From contig JAISLN010000302.1 in the NCBI GenBank assembly GCA_031290835.1, positions 1 to 45,409 on the forward strand: a stretch of 45,409 nucleotides of DNA. The letters are read 5' to 3'. A model generated the notes under the pieces. The model did no database searches and was not told where the DNA came from. It saw only the letters and a program-made list of their open reading frames with translations. The position numbers were made by a program, and so were the translations under genes. Source of the DNA: Prevotellaceae bacterium (lineage in GTDB: Bacteria; Bacteroidota; Bacteroidia; Bacteroidales; UBA932). This document shows positions 27,944-37,228 of this stretch, piece by piece (position 1 is the first letter of the stretch; each line of letters opens with the position of its first letter).

Positions 27944-30900
27944 TTAAAGCGTTATGTTAATCCCGAACACAAATGTGCGGGGGCGAGGATACGACGCCAA
28001 GTCTATACCGTTGTTGAGCGGGCTACGCAGGTAGTCGCCCATTTCGGGGTCGAAGCCGCTGTAGCCGGTAAAGCAGTACAGGTTATCCACCGAAGAGTAC
28101 AGCCGTATCCGCTGGATTTTTATTCTCTGCGTAATGCTTTGCGGAATCGTGTAGCCCAGCTGCACGTTTTTGATTCGGACGTAGGAGCCGTCTTCCACGT
28201 AACGGTCGGAGAAGTAGGAGTTGTGGTTGGAGTCGTTGGCGTCCAGGCGCGGGTACTTGTTGGTAGAGCCGGGGCCTGTCCAGCGGTTCATCATTTCTTT
28301 GGACATATTCCATTGGTCGAAATTCGAGGAATACAAATCCATCACGGCGGCATTGGCAATTTCGTTGCCTATGGATGATTGCAAAAATACGGACAAATCA
28401 AAGCCTTTATAGGCCACATTACCGCTCAACCCCCACGTTACGTCTGCCATGCCGCTGCCAAGGTAGGTGCGGTCGTCGGCATTAAGCTCTTTCCCGTCGT
28501 CGGCCAATTTTACGTACTTCACATCGCCCGGACGGGCGTCGGGCTGAATTTTTGTGCCGCCGGACGTAACATAGCTGTCTATTTCCTGCTGCGTTTGGAA
28601 GATGCCGTCGGTTTTGTAGCCGTAGAAGTACGCCATTTCCTTGCCCACTTCGGTGCGCGTGAACGGCATTTCCACCTTTGCCATATTCATCCCGTACACC
28701 GGGTCGGGCGAGCCGAGGTCGAGCACTTCGTTTTTGATAAACGACGCATTGCCGCCCACCGAGTAAGAAAAATCGCCCCTTTTGTCTGCCCAGCGCAGCG
28801 TAAGCTCCAGCCCGTTGTTGCGCATTTCGCCGGAGTTGGTGCTGGGGCGGGTCATACCGGCATACATCGGTATGGGCGTTTTCAGAATCATGTCGCGGGT
28901 GGTGCGGATAAAGTAATCCACCGTACCGGTAAGCTTGTAGTTCAGCAAGGCGATATCCGCTCCAAAGTTAAGCTGCTCGGCGGCTTCCCACTTCAAGTTT
29001 TCGTTGGCATACTCCAGCTGTATAGCTCCTTGCCGGATGGCGTTGCCGATAACGGCATTGTAGCCGGTAGTCATCAGGGCTATATAGTCGTTGGAGCCGG
29101 CAGAGTTTTCGTTTCCCACCAGCCCCCATCCGGCGCGTACCTTGAGCTGCTGGAAGAGGTTGCTTTCCGTTTTCATAAACGCCTCCTCGTGCAAATTCCA
29201 CCCCAACGAAAACGAAGGGAAGTAGCCCCAGTGGTCGATGAATTTTGACGAGCCGTCGGCGCGAACCGTAGCGGTGAGCAGGTATTTGCCGGCGTAGGTG
29301 TAGTTGCCCCTAAAAAAGAACGAGCTCATACGGCTCCAAAAGGGCATGGAGTGCGACGCGGTTTTGGACGACACCGTAGCGCTCTGGTCAATGTACCACA
29401 TGTTCTCTGCCTCCGGCACGTCCTGCGCCGAACCGCTCAGCGTAACAAAGCGAAAATCCTGCGATTCGGTACCCAGCGTTAACCCTACGCTGTGCTCATC
29501 AACCTTTTTGTTGTACATCAGGTAGGCATTGCCGAGCCACGACTGAAATTCATTGCGCCCTACACTCAGGCTGCTATTGCTGCGATTTTGGTTTGCCGCA
29601 ACGTAGTAAACCGGCGAGTAGCTCTGGTTTTCGCCAAAGTTGGCGCGTATGCCGTACTGCGCACGGAACGAAAGCCCCTTGACTCTGCCGATATTATCCC
29701 ACTGAAAAGAGGTATTGGCAATAAACATGTTGCCGGCGTTGTAGCCGTAGTTGGCGCCCTCATACACCTGTCGGGCGGGCTGATAGCTCGGGTCGCTGTA
29801 GAGCACCTCGCCCCACGTGCCGGTATATTCATCCCACGCCATCGAAATGGGGTCGGCGCGCATTACGGCCGGCCATATAGCGCCGTAGTAATTTCCATCG
29901 CCGCCGCCGCCCTGCATCTTGCGGTGCGTGTAAATAAGATTCACCCCAAGCGAAATACTGCTATTGAGCTTGTAGGTGTTGTTGAGGCGGGCGGTAATCA
30001 TGTCCATTTCGTTGTATTTTTGCACGCCCTGCGTCTTTGAGTAGGTAACGCCTGCGCCGTAGGTATGGCGGTCGGTGCCGCCGCTTACGTCCACATTGTA
30101 GTTTTGCGACAGCCCCGTACGAGTTACCTCATCAATCCACTTGGTGCCTTCATACTTGTTGGCTATTACATAGTCAAACATGGCGGCGTCTTGCGGGCTG
30201 AGCGGCAACCCGCTATTGGCAAACAGCTCCTTTTTTAGGGTAGCGTACTCCCAGGCGTTGAGCAGGTCTATGGTGCGCGACAGCACCGACATGGTGGTGT
30301 AAACGTTGCCTTCTACTCGCGTCTGGGTATTGTAGCGCCCGCCCCGAGTCTGAATAAGTATCACCCCGTTGGCGCCGCGCGAGCCATAAATCGCGGTTGC
30401 CGAGGCGTCCTTCAGGATTTCGAGGCTCTCAATATCCTGCGGCGACAGGTAGTCGATGTCCGACACCGGAAAACCGTCCACCACATACAGCGGGTCGGCG
30501 GTGTTGATGGTGCCGTAGCCGCGGATGCGAATTTTGGTGCCGGAACCCGGCTCGCCGGAGTTGCTGATAATATCCACGCCCGCTACGCGCCCTGCCAGCG
30601 CCTGCCCAACATCTATGGTGGAGAGCTGCTTCAGGTCGTCGGTGGAGACTTTTGATACGGCGCCGGTGAGGTCGCTCTTTTTCATCGTTCCGTAGCCCAC
30701 CACCACCACCTCGTCTATCGCCTTTTCGTCCGCTTGCAGCACAATCCGAATGTTGGTCCCCACCGGCGCTTCGGCCTCAACGTAGCCAATGTACCGCACG
30801 GTGAGGATGGTTACGCTTTCCGGAACGTACATCGTAAACTGCCCTTTGGGGTCGGTCAGCGTGCCGGTAGTGGCGCCTTTGGCAAGCACCGAAGCGCCAA

Positions 30901-31009
30901 CCACGGGGCTGCCGGCGGGGTCAACCACCACCCCCGATACCTGCCGGCTCTGCGCATATCCGAATACGGATAGCGCACCGAAAATTAAAACGCAAAACAA
31001 TTTTTTCAT
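27944..31009 (-). CDS. SusC/RagA-family TonB-dependent transporter (pair B)
   Basis: 1021 aa. Signal peptide, carboxypeptidase-regulatory-like N-terminal domain (VSGVVVDPAGSPVVGASV), plug (IRIRGYGTINTADPLYVVDG) and a C-terminal beta-barrel ending ..FGINITL. Confidence 0.95.
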   Translation of the reverse strand: MKKLFCVLIFGALSVFGYAQSRQVSGVVVDPAGSPVVGASVLAKGATTGTLTDPKGQFTMYVPESVTILTVRYIGYVEAEAPVGTNIRIVLQADEKAIDEVVVVGYGTMKKSDLTGAVSKVSTDDLKQLSTIDVGQALAGRVAGVDIISNSGEPGSGTKIRIRGYGTINTADPLYVVDGFPVSDIDYLSPQDIESLEILKDASATAIYGSRGANGVILIQTRGGRYNTQTRVEGNVYTTMSVLSRTIDLLNAWEYATLKKELFANSGLPLSPQDAAMFDYVIANKYEGTKWIDEVTRTGLSQNYNVDVSGGTDRHTYGAGVTYSKTQGVQKYNEMDMITARLNNTYKLNSSISLGVNLIYTHRKMQGGGGDGNYYGAIWPAVMRADPISMAWDEYTGTWGEVLYSDPSYQPARQVYEGANYGYNAGNMFIANTSFQWDNIGRVKGLSFRAQYGIRANFGENQSYSPVYYVAANQNRSNSSLSVGRNEFQSWLGNAYLMYNKKVDEHSVGLTLGTESQDFRFVTLSGSAQDVPEAENMWYIDQSATVSSKTASHSMPFWSRMSSFFFRGNYTYAGKYLLTATVRADGSSKFIDHWGYFPSFSLGWNLHEEAFMKTESNLFQQLKVRAGWGLVGNENSAGSNDYIALMTTGYNAVIGNAIRQGAIQLEYANENLKWEAAEQLNFGADIALLNYKLTGTVDYFIRTTRDMILKTPIPMYAGMTRPSTNSGEMRNNGLELTLRWADKRGDFSYSVGGNASFIKNEVLDLGSPDPVYGMNMAKVEMPFTRTEVGKEMAYFYGYKTDGIFQTQQEIDSYVTSGGTKIQPDARPGDVKYVKLADDGKELNADDRTYLGSGMADVTWGLSGNVAYKGFDLSVFLQSSIGNEIANAAVMDLYSSNFDQWNMSKEMMNRWTGPGSTNKYPRLDANDSNHNSYFSDRYVEDGSYVRIKNVQLGYTIPQSITQRIKIQRIRLYSSVDNLYCFTGYSGFDPEMGDYLRSPLNNGIDLASYPRPRTFVFGINITL

Positions 31010-31055
31010 AAAAACTTGATTTTTTTGTGAGAATTAATATTTTGTTGCGATTTTT
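30690..31055. repeat. Copy 1 of a dispersed direct repeat of about 365 nt (SusC 5' leader plus the first ~105 codons). The partner is at 36551-36915.
   Basis: 30701-30801 is identical base for base to 36562-36662 (101 nt). The flanks are highly similar through the ATG and about 45 nt of leader (CAAAATATTAATTCTC.CAAAAAA). The rest of the two SusC genes is clearly diverged. Confidence 0.9.
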
Positions 31056-31102
31056 AGGCGTAGTAGAAGGTTTTGTGTGCTGTGGCGTCATGAGGGCTTA
31101 GC

Positions 31103-31933
31103 TCACTCCGCCGCCGTGAAGACGTAGTACCAGCCGCTTGAGCTGTTGGCGTTAAAGAGCAGCAAAAGGTCTTCGCTCAGGTGGCAAATGGTCCATGTGC
31201 TTCCGAGTTCGCCGTTGCCGCTAACGGGGCACAGCACATTCGTGCCCTTGAAGGTTATAGTACCCACCGAGTAGGCAATGCTGTTGGGCGTCATGTTGAG
31301 GTCTAAGGAGCCGCTACCTGTCTCCTTGCCATCTACGCCGATTTTGGTAACGCGCTTCCCCCGTAGCGTGAACTTCATTTTGGCGCCCACGCCTTCGTTG
31401 GGGACATAGGTAGGCTCAGGGCACCAGCCCCAGTAGTCGCGGTTTTCGCCGGACGGTGCGGAACCCGCCATAATCATTTTTTCTCCCGCAGCTTCTCTGC
31501 CGGGGGCAACTTTTGTGCTCCATTCCCACGTTTTACCGTCGCCATTGGGGTCGCCAAACAGCAACCCGTAGTAGGCGGGCGGCTCCGGAGCGCTGGCAAC
31601 CGTAACGGGAAAATCTTTCGTATATTCTTTACCGTCGGCGGTGCGCGCGGTGAGCGTAATGGTTTGGTCGCCTGCAAACACCACCTCTAAATTGCCTTCG
31701 GTGCCTACAAAAGTATTTATGCCGTCCGTCCAGCTGCATAGCACGGGGCTGGAGCAATGCACATGCGCGATGTTGCTGTATCCGTCTTTCTGTACAATGG
31801 CTACCGTGGCCTGCAGCTCTCCGGCGGAGCTGATATTCCCGCCGGGCGCTTCGTCTATGATGTTCGTTATGGGTTCGCAAGCCCACAGCGCAAGGGCTGC
31901 CAGGGCAAGGATGTAGCATGATATTGTTTTCAT
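31103..31933 (-). CDS. Surface lipoprotein of unknown function (candidate SGBP of pair A): Ig/PKD-like N-domain plus beta-barrel C-domain
   Basis: 276 aa, lipobox ALWAC. It sits directly after SusD. I recognise no catalytic motifs. Confidence 0.7.
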   Translation of the reverse strand: MKTISCYILALAALALWACEPITNIIDEAPGGNISSAGELQATVAIVQKDGYSNIAHVHCSSPVLCSWTDGINTFVGTEGNLEVVFAGDQTITLTARTADGKEYTKDFPVTVASAPEPPAYYGLLFGDPNGDGKTWEWSTKVAPGREAAGEKMIMAGSAPSGENRDYWGWCPEPTYVPNEGVGAKMKFTLRGKRVTKIGVDGKETGSGSLDLNMTPNSIAYSVGTITFKGTNVLCPVSGNGELGSTWTICHLSEDLLLLFNANSSSGWYYVFTAAE

Positions 31934-31971
31934 ATCTCAATGTGTTATTAAATTGGATTGGTGTTGTGTTA

Positions 31972-33684
31972 TTAGTTTGAGTCCCAGCTGGTATATTTAT
32001 CAACATCCCATCCCGGATTTTGGACGTAAAGCCCGTCGGCCAGCGTAATTTGGGTTTCGGGGATGGGGAAAAAGCCGCGCGTTTTGTCGTAGCGCGCGCT
32101 GTATGAGCCGGCCGGCTTATTGTAGGTAGGCAAACCTGATATGAAAATGGGCTCGCCGGCTTGCTTCTCGAGGGCGGCTTTGGCGTATTCGGCGCCCCAG
32201 CGGCGAATGTCGTTCCAGCGCGTGCCTTCAAACGCCAGCTCATAGCGACGCTCTGCTTGAAGGGCTTCCAGCGAGTAGCCAATCGGGGCAAGTCCTGCGC
32301 GAGCGCGCACGCGGTTCATACCCGTCGCGTCCTCTTTCAGCTCCGACTGCATGAGCAGCACGTCGGCAAAGCGGATGAGCACCAAATCGTGAATAATATT
32401 TATATCCCATTGGGTGGTAGTATTGTACATGACTTTGTCGAATGGATCCACACGCGCGCCACTACCATCTTTACATGAGAAAGACGCCCCTTTCTTGAAA
32501 AAATATCCTGTTTCCTGTATCCAATCTCCCCACCCGCCACCGCGCTTAGCGTTCGGCAGCTCTGTGCTAACCTCACAAATGGAAGCTCTCTTGCGGAGGT
32601 CGCCATCAGGCCAGTCATTCCACAAATTGGGAGCCACGGGGCCTGCGCCCCAGCCTTGCCCAACGGGGAAAGCCCAGTCTGCATCGCCGCCACGCATGCC
32701 GGTAAATACGGCGTAGCCGTTGGTAAACCCTACATCCCATCCCCAACCGGCATGCTTGTTGAACTTAATAGCAAACATGGCTTCGGGGTTGATGCCGCCA
32801 TCGTCTTCCGGCCACGCACCTTGCACGCCCTCCATAAAAGGGTAATCTTTGCGCGTAAGCCTGTTGGCGTACGCCCACAGGTTGCGGAAATCGGGAACCA
32901 GCTCGTAACCGGAATTTTCTACGCAGTCGTCAATCCAGCCAATCACCTGCTGCTTGTTCACCGTGCTGCCGTCGGGAAGGGCTACTTCGGTTTTACCGTA
33001 AAACCCGGTGTAGAACAGGAAAGCGCGCCCCATCATGGCTTCTGCCACGTATTTGTCCACGTGCCCGGCGTCGGAAGCGGGCGTTTTTTCGGCGGGCATG
33101 AGCTCAATGGCTTTCTTCAGGTCGGCAATAATCTGTCCCCACGTTGCATCGGGCGACGCCTGCGGCAATGGCTTTGCTTCGGTGGTCAGGTGAAGCGGCA
33201 CCTTCTCAAACATCGACGCCAGCTCGTAGTAGAAAAAGGCGCGTAAGAAATACGCTTCGCCCAGGTATTTTTGTCGCTTTGTGTCGGACACTTCGCATTT
33301 GTCCAAATTCTCAATAGCGCTATTGGCGCGATTAACACCCTGATAGCGAGCAATCCACCAATTGTTGGTCTGGTCTATGCTAAATTCCCGCAGCAAGTCT
33401 ATAGCCTGCATCTGCTGGTCGCCCGGACCTGCGCCGCCAAGGCGGTCGTCGCAGGCAAGCTCCGAAGCCAAATAAAAAGACCCCTGTATGTAGCCGCCAT
33501 TTGCGCCATTTGCCCTGCCCAAGTAGTTGTAGATAGCAGCCATCATTTGTTCGGCGTCTGTTTCGGTAACAGGAAAGTTTCCTGTGTTTTTCTGCGTAAA
33601 GCTTTCGGTATCCAAAAAATCTTCGCACGATGCAAACGAGAGCATTAGCGCAGCAAGCAAGCAATATTTAGTTGTATTTTTCAT
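31972..33684 (-). CDS. SusD/RagB-family lipoprotein (pair A)
   Basis: The start is taken at ATG 33684 (MKNTTKYCLLAALMLSFASCEDFLD); the listed 33711 start is a TTG. Motifs: AYFLRAFFYYELASMFEKVPL, IRFADVLLMQSE, ERRYELAFEGTRWNDIRRW. Confidence 0.9.
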   Translation of the reverse strand: MKNTTKYCLLAALMLSFASCEDFLDTESFTQKNTGNFPVTETDAEQMMAAIYNYLGRANGANGGYIQGSFYLASELACDDRLGGAGPGDQQMQAIDLLREFSIDQTNNWWIARYQGVNRANSAIENLDKCEVSDTKRQKYLGEAYFLRAFFYYELASMFEKVPLHLTTEAKPLPQASPDATWGQIIADLKKAIELMPAEKTPASDAGHVDKYVAEAMMGRAFLFYTGFYGKTEVALPDGSTVNKQQVIGWIDDCVENSGYELVPDFRNLWAYANRLTRKDYPFMEGVQGAWPEDDGGINPEAMFAIKFNKHAGWGWDVGFTNGYAVFTGMRGGDADWAFPVGQGWGAGPVAPNLWNDWPDGDLRKRASICEVSTELPNAKRGGGWGDWIQETGYFFKKGASFSCKDGSGARVDPFDKVMYNTTTQWDINIIHDLVLIRFADVLLMQSELKEDATGMNRVRARAGLAPIGYSLEALQAERRYELAFEGTRWNDIRRWGAEYAKAALEKQAGEPIFISGLPTYNKPAGSYSARYDKTRGFFPIPETQITLADGLYVQNPGWDVDKYTSWDSN

Positions 33685-33711
33685 TTCCTTTGTTGTTTTA
33701 TTGATTAACAA

Positions 33712-36700
33712 TTAAAATTTAACATTTACGCCTACCAGCCATGTGCGGGGGTTGGGGTAGTACCCCAAATCTATGCCCGACACCCATGCTTCACCGGGAG
33801 AATAGCCTATTTCGGGGTCCATGCCGCTGTAGCCGGTAAAAGTGTAGAGGTTTTGTGCCGTAACGTAAAAGCGCAGCTGCTCAAAAGGTAGGCGCTTGAA
33901 TAGCTGCTTAAAGTCATACCCTAAGGTAATGTTGGAAAGCTTGAGGAAATCTCCGTCTTCGAGGTATATGTCCGACACGTTGATGTAGTTTACCGTGTTA
34001 CCTCCCATCAGGCGCGGCCGCTCGTTTGAGGTGCCTTCACCGTACCAGCGGTTGTACACCTCTGTGGTGTAGTTTTCGTAGATGTTGTCCCCCTTTTGGT
34101 ACGACTTGGCAATTTGCTGGCCAAAGGAGCCGTAAGCCGATAGGCCAAGGTCAAGACCCCTGTAGCTTAGCGACAGGTTGACGCCCAGCGTCACATCAGG
34201 GTGCGGGTCGCCAATCATACCCTTATCATCTTCGTCGATTTTGCCGTCGGGCTGCAGGTCGGAGAATTTCAGGTCGCCCGGCACGGGGTTGTCTTGCAAA
34301 AAACCCTTGCCTGCGGCTCGCCATGCGTCAATATCGGCCTGATTTTGGAACACGCCCTCGCTCTTGTAGCCGTAAAAATAGCCTATGGGAAATCCCACCT
34401 GCGCACGGTACATTTCTTCGGCGCCTTGAAAAAGCCCACTGGCCGTCCCGTGAATAATGCCTTCGCTGTTGGCTATGCGGAGCACCTCGTTTTCGTTATA
34501 GGCAAAGTTTACGCCGGCGCTGTAACGGAAATCCTGCGCTATATTGTCATTCCAGCTCAACGCCAGCTCCACGCCGCGGTTTTGCACATCGCCGCCGTTG
34601 ATATAGGGAGCATTGTTGCCGTAGGCTGCCAGAATAGGCGCCTGTATCAGCCAATCTTTGGTGGTTTTTTGGTAGTAGTCAAACGCTAGGCTAAGGCGCG
34701 AGCGCAAAAAGCGGGCGTCAAAGCCCAAATCCAGCTGCTCGGAAGTTTCCCATGTTACTTCAACATTGGGCAGCACATTTGCATAGCCGCCCTTTGTTAC
34801 GCCGTCCTTATCATTTCCAAACGAATAGCCCGCAAATTGGTCCAGCGCCACTGTAGCCATGTACTGAAAATTGGGGATATTGCTATTACCGTTTTGCCCC
34901 CAGCTGCCGCGCAGCTTCAAGAAGTCCACGTATTGGGTAGCGCCGTCCATAAAGCTTTCGTTGGTGAGCAGCCACCCGGCCGATACAGAGGGAAAGTAGC
35001 CCCAGCGGTGCCCCCGGGCAAAGTTCGACGAGCCGTCGGCGCGCATGACCAGCGACAGCATGTAGGTCTCCTTGTAGTCGTAGTTGATACGCCCAAAAAA
35101 TGACGCCAGCGCACCCTGCCCCCACGGAGAACCGCTCACAGTGGTCGTTGCAGAAGCCGCCGCGGTGTTGTCGAGCCACGCATGCTCAAAATCATCAAAC
35201 GATGAGTTGACATTCGTTGCGCCCCAGCTTTCGCCAAAGCCAGACTTCTCCAGCGATTGACCCAGCAACACATCTACATGGTGCTCACTCGCGGAAAATT
35301 TGTAGTTCAGGGTATTTTCCCATGTATAGTTGAACCCCATGCCACCGTTTTGCGACACGTCATTCTCTGTATTTTCGGCGCTAGCCGGACCCAGCTTGAA
35401 AACCGGTGTAAACGCCCGATAGGAGTTGGCGCTAAACATGTAGCCGAACTGAGACCGGAATACAAAATTCTTAACCGGCTGAATCTCAACGTGCGCAGAA
35501 GCCATCATGAAGTGGTTTTTGGACAAGTTGCTTCCTCTCCGGTACACCATATCGCCAATAGGATTGACTATAGCGGGAAAATATCCGTTCATGCCTGTTG
35601 CCTCTTTGTCGTCGGCGTCAAAATATTTACCGTCGCTGCCATACACTGGCATAAAAGGCGCTGCCCGCAGCATGTTGGAAATATCGTTCCAGTAGTGGCT
35701 GCCTATACCAATTCCTTGCCGGCTGTTCTGCATGTAGAAGAGCGTTTCGCCCACTTTGATAATATCAAGGTTCTTGTGCTTGAGGATGGTGTGGTTGGAG
35801 TTCAGGCGAAAAGTATAGCGGTCGTAGGTTGACTGCACGGGTTTGCCAAAAATACCCTCCTGCGAAGTGTAGGAAAAGCCCATCGAAAAGTTCGACCGGT
35901 TGCCGCCGCCCGTCACATTAATAGCGTGGTTTTGCATGGGTGCGTTGACGTTGCGGATTTCATCCAGCCAGTTGGTGCCTTCCCACTCGCCCGACTGTAT
36001 CATCTCGTACAGCGTTTTGCCGTTGAAATCACCGCCCAAAAAATCTTCCCACTTATAGGGGGATGCCCCGATATTAAACTGCCCCTCATCCACTATATTC
36101 ATGTATTGCTTTGCATTGAGCGGCGAAGCCATCTTATACACATTTTGCCAGCCCAAATAGCCGTCGTAGCTCACCGACATTCTTTCGGCGCCAAGGCGTC
36201 CCTGCCTAGTTGTAATGAGCACAACACCGTTGGCGGCACGGGCGCCGTAAATAGCGGCTGAGGCGGCGTCTTTCAGCACGTCGATGCTTTCAATATCCGA
36301 CGGGTTGAGGTTATCAATATTGCCGCCCGCCACACCGTCTATCACAAATAGCGGCTGGTAGTTACCCGTAGTACCTATGCCGCGAATGTTGATTTTGAAG
36401 CTTTCGCCAGGTTGCCCCGAGCTCTGGAGAATATGCACCCCCGGCGTTTGGCTTTGCATAGCCGTAAGCGGGCTAATAGTGCTCAGCTTTTGCAGGTCGT
36501 CGCCGCCTACCTGCACCGTAGCGCCGGTTACCAGCTTCTTTTTCTGCACGCCGTAGCCCATCACCACCACCTCGTCTATCGCCTTTTCGTCCGCTTGCAG
36601 CACAATCCGAATGTTGGTCCCCACCGGCGCTTCGGCCTCAACGTAGCCAATGTACCGCACGGCTAAGGAGGTTACGCTTTCCGGAACGTACATCGTAAAC

Positions 36701-36870
36701 CGCCCTTCGGGGTCGGTCAGCGTGCCGGTAGTGGTGCCTTTGGCAAGCACCGAAGCGCCAACCACGGGAGCACCCGCAGGGTCAACCACCACCCCCGATA
36801 CCTGCCGATTCTGCGCATATCCGGCTATGGATAGCGCACTCAAAATTAGAACACAAAACAATTTTTTCAT
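33712..36870 (-). CDS. SusC/RagA-family TonB-dependent transporter (pair A)
   Basis: 1052 aa. The N-terminus is nearly identical to the pair B SusC. Plug motif INIRGIGTTGNYQPLFVIDG. The beta-barrel ends ..VGVNVKF. Confidence 0.95.
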   Translation of the reverse strand: MKKLFCVLILSALSIAGYAQNRQVSGVVVDPAGAPVVGASVLAKGTTTGTLTDPEGRFTMYVPESVTSLAVRYIGYVEAEAPVGTNIRIVLQADEKAIDEVVVMGYGVQKKKLVTGATVQVGGDDLQKLSTISPLTAMQSQTPGVHILQSSGQPGESFKINIRGIGTTGNYQPLFVIDGVAGGNIDNLNPSDIESIDVLKDAASAAIYGARAANGVVLITTRQGRLGAERMSVSYDGYLGWQNVYKMASPLNAKQYMNIVDEGQFNIGASPYKWEDFLGGDFNGKTLYEMIQSGEWEGTNWLDEIRNVNAPMQNHAINVTGGGNRSNFSMGFSYTSQEGIFGKPVQSTYDRYTFRLNSNHTILKHKNLDIIKVGETLFYMQNSRQGIGIGSHYWNDISNMLRAAPFMPVYGSDGKYFDADDKEATGMNGYFPAIVNPIGDMVYRRGSNLSKNHFMMASAHVEIQPVKNFVFRSQFGYMFSANSYRAFTPVFKLGPASAENTENDVSQNGGMGFNYTWENTLNYKFSASEHHVDVLLGQSLEKSGFGESWGATNVNSSFDDFEHAWLDNTAAASATTTVSGSPWGQGALASFFGRINYDYKETYMLSLVMRADGSSNFARGHRWGYFPSVSAGWLLTNESFMDGATQYVDFLKLRGSWGQNGNSNIPNFQYMATVALDQFAGYSFGNDKDGVTKGGYANVLPNVEVTWETSEQLDLGFDARFLRSRLSLAFDYYQKTTKDWLIQAPILAAYGNNAPYINGGDVQNRGVELALSWNDNIAQDFRYSAGVNFAYNENEVLRIANSEGIIHGTASGLFQGAEEMYRAQVGFPIGYFYGYKSEGVFQNQADIDAWRAAGKGFLQDNPVPGDLKFSDLQPDGKIDEDDKGMIGDPHPDVTLGVNLSLSYRGLDLGLSAYGSFGQQIAKSYQKGDNIYENYTTEVYNRWYGEGTSNERPRLMGGNTVNYINVSDIYLEDGDFLKLSNITLGYDFKQLFKRLPFEQLRFYVTAQNLYTFTGYSGMDPEIGYSPGEAWVSGIDLGYYPNPRTWLVGVNVKF

Positions 36871-36915
36871 AAAATTTGATTTTTTGGGAGAATTAATATT
36901 TTGCTACAATTTCAC
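36551..36915. repeat. Copy 2 of the SusC leader/N-terminal repeat (partner at 30690-31055)
   Basis: See copy 1. The 101-nt perfect identity is 36562-36662. Confidence 0.9.
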
Positions 36916-37075
36916 AAGTACAGGTCGCAGGTCAGCGTGCAAGTCGTATGGCTTGCTTAGAGCTATCGGCTGTGCTACAACGGCAAATAAGGTTATGGTA
37001 CCTAACCTAAATTTTTATATTGTCCTGAACAGCCGTGATTTTAACACTTGGCGTATTCCAAGTATGAAATATTGG

Positions 37076-37083
37076 CAAAGATA
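37076..37083 (-). promoter_or_regulatory. Candidate Bacteroidetes -7 promoter box (TAnnTTTG) for the PUL structural operon
   Basis: The minus strand reads TATCTTTG about 206 nt upstream of the first SusC ATG, inside the 358-nt AraC-SusC gap. No convincing -33 element was found, so chance occurrence is possible. Confidence 0.25.
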
Positions 37084-37228
37084 AAGGCAAATGAGGGGGC
37101 ATAGCAAGTACTTTATTATCCATTGGTAGTATTTTACATGCCAATTTTTGACGTACTTTGAGAGAAAAGAGGTTAATATCGTATCACCTTTTAGTCCGCA
37201 AAAAGCTGCCTTGCGCTCTACCATTGCG

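Noticed and set aside
31629-32291. A 220-aa minus-strand ORF bridging the SusD (pair A) 3' end and the downstream lipoprotein gene.
   Set aside because: It is out of frame with two well-supported genes and has an Arg/Pro/Ala-rich shadow composition.
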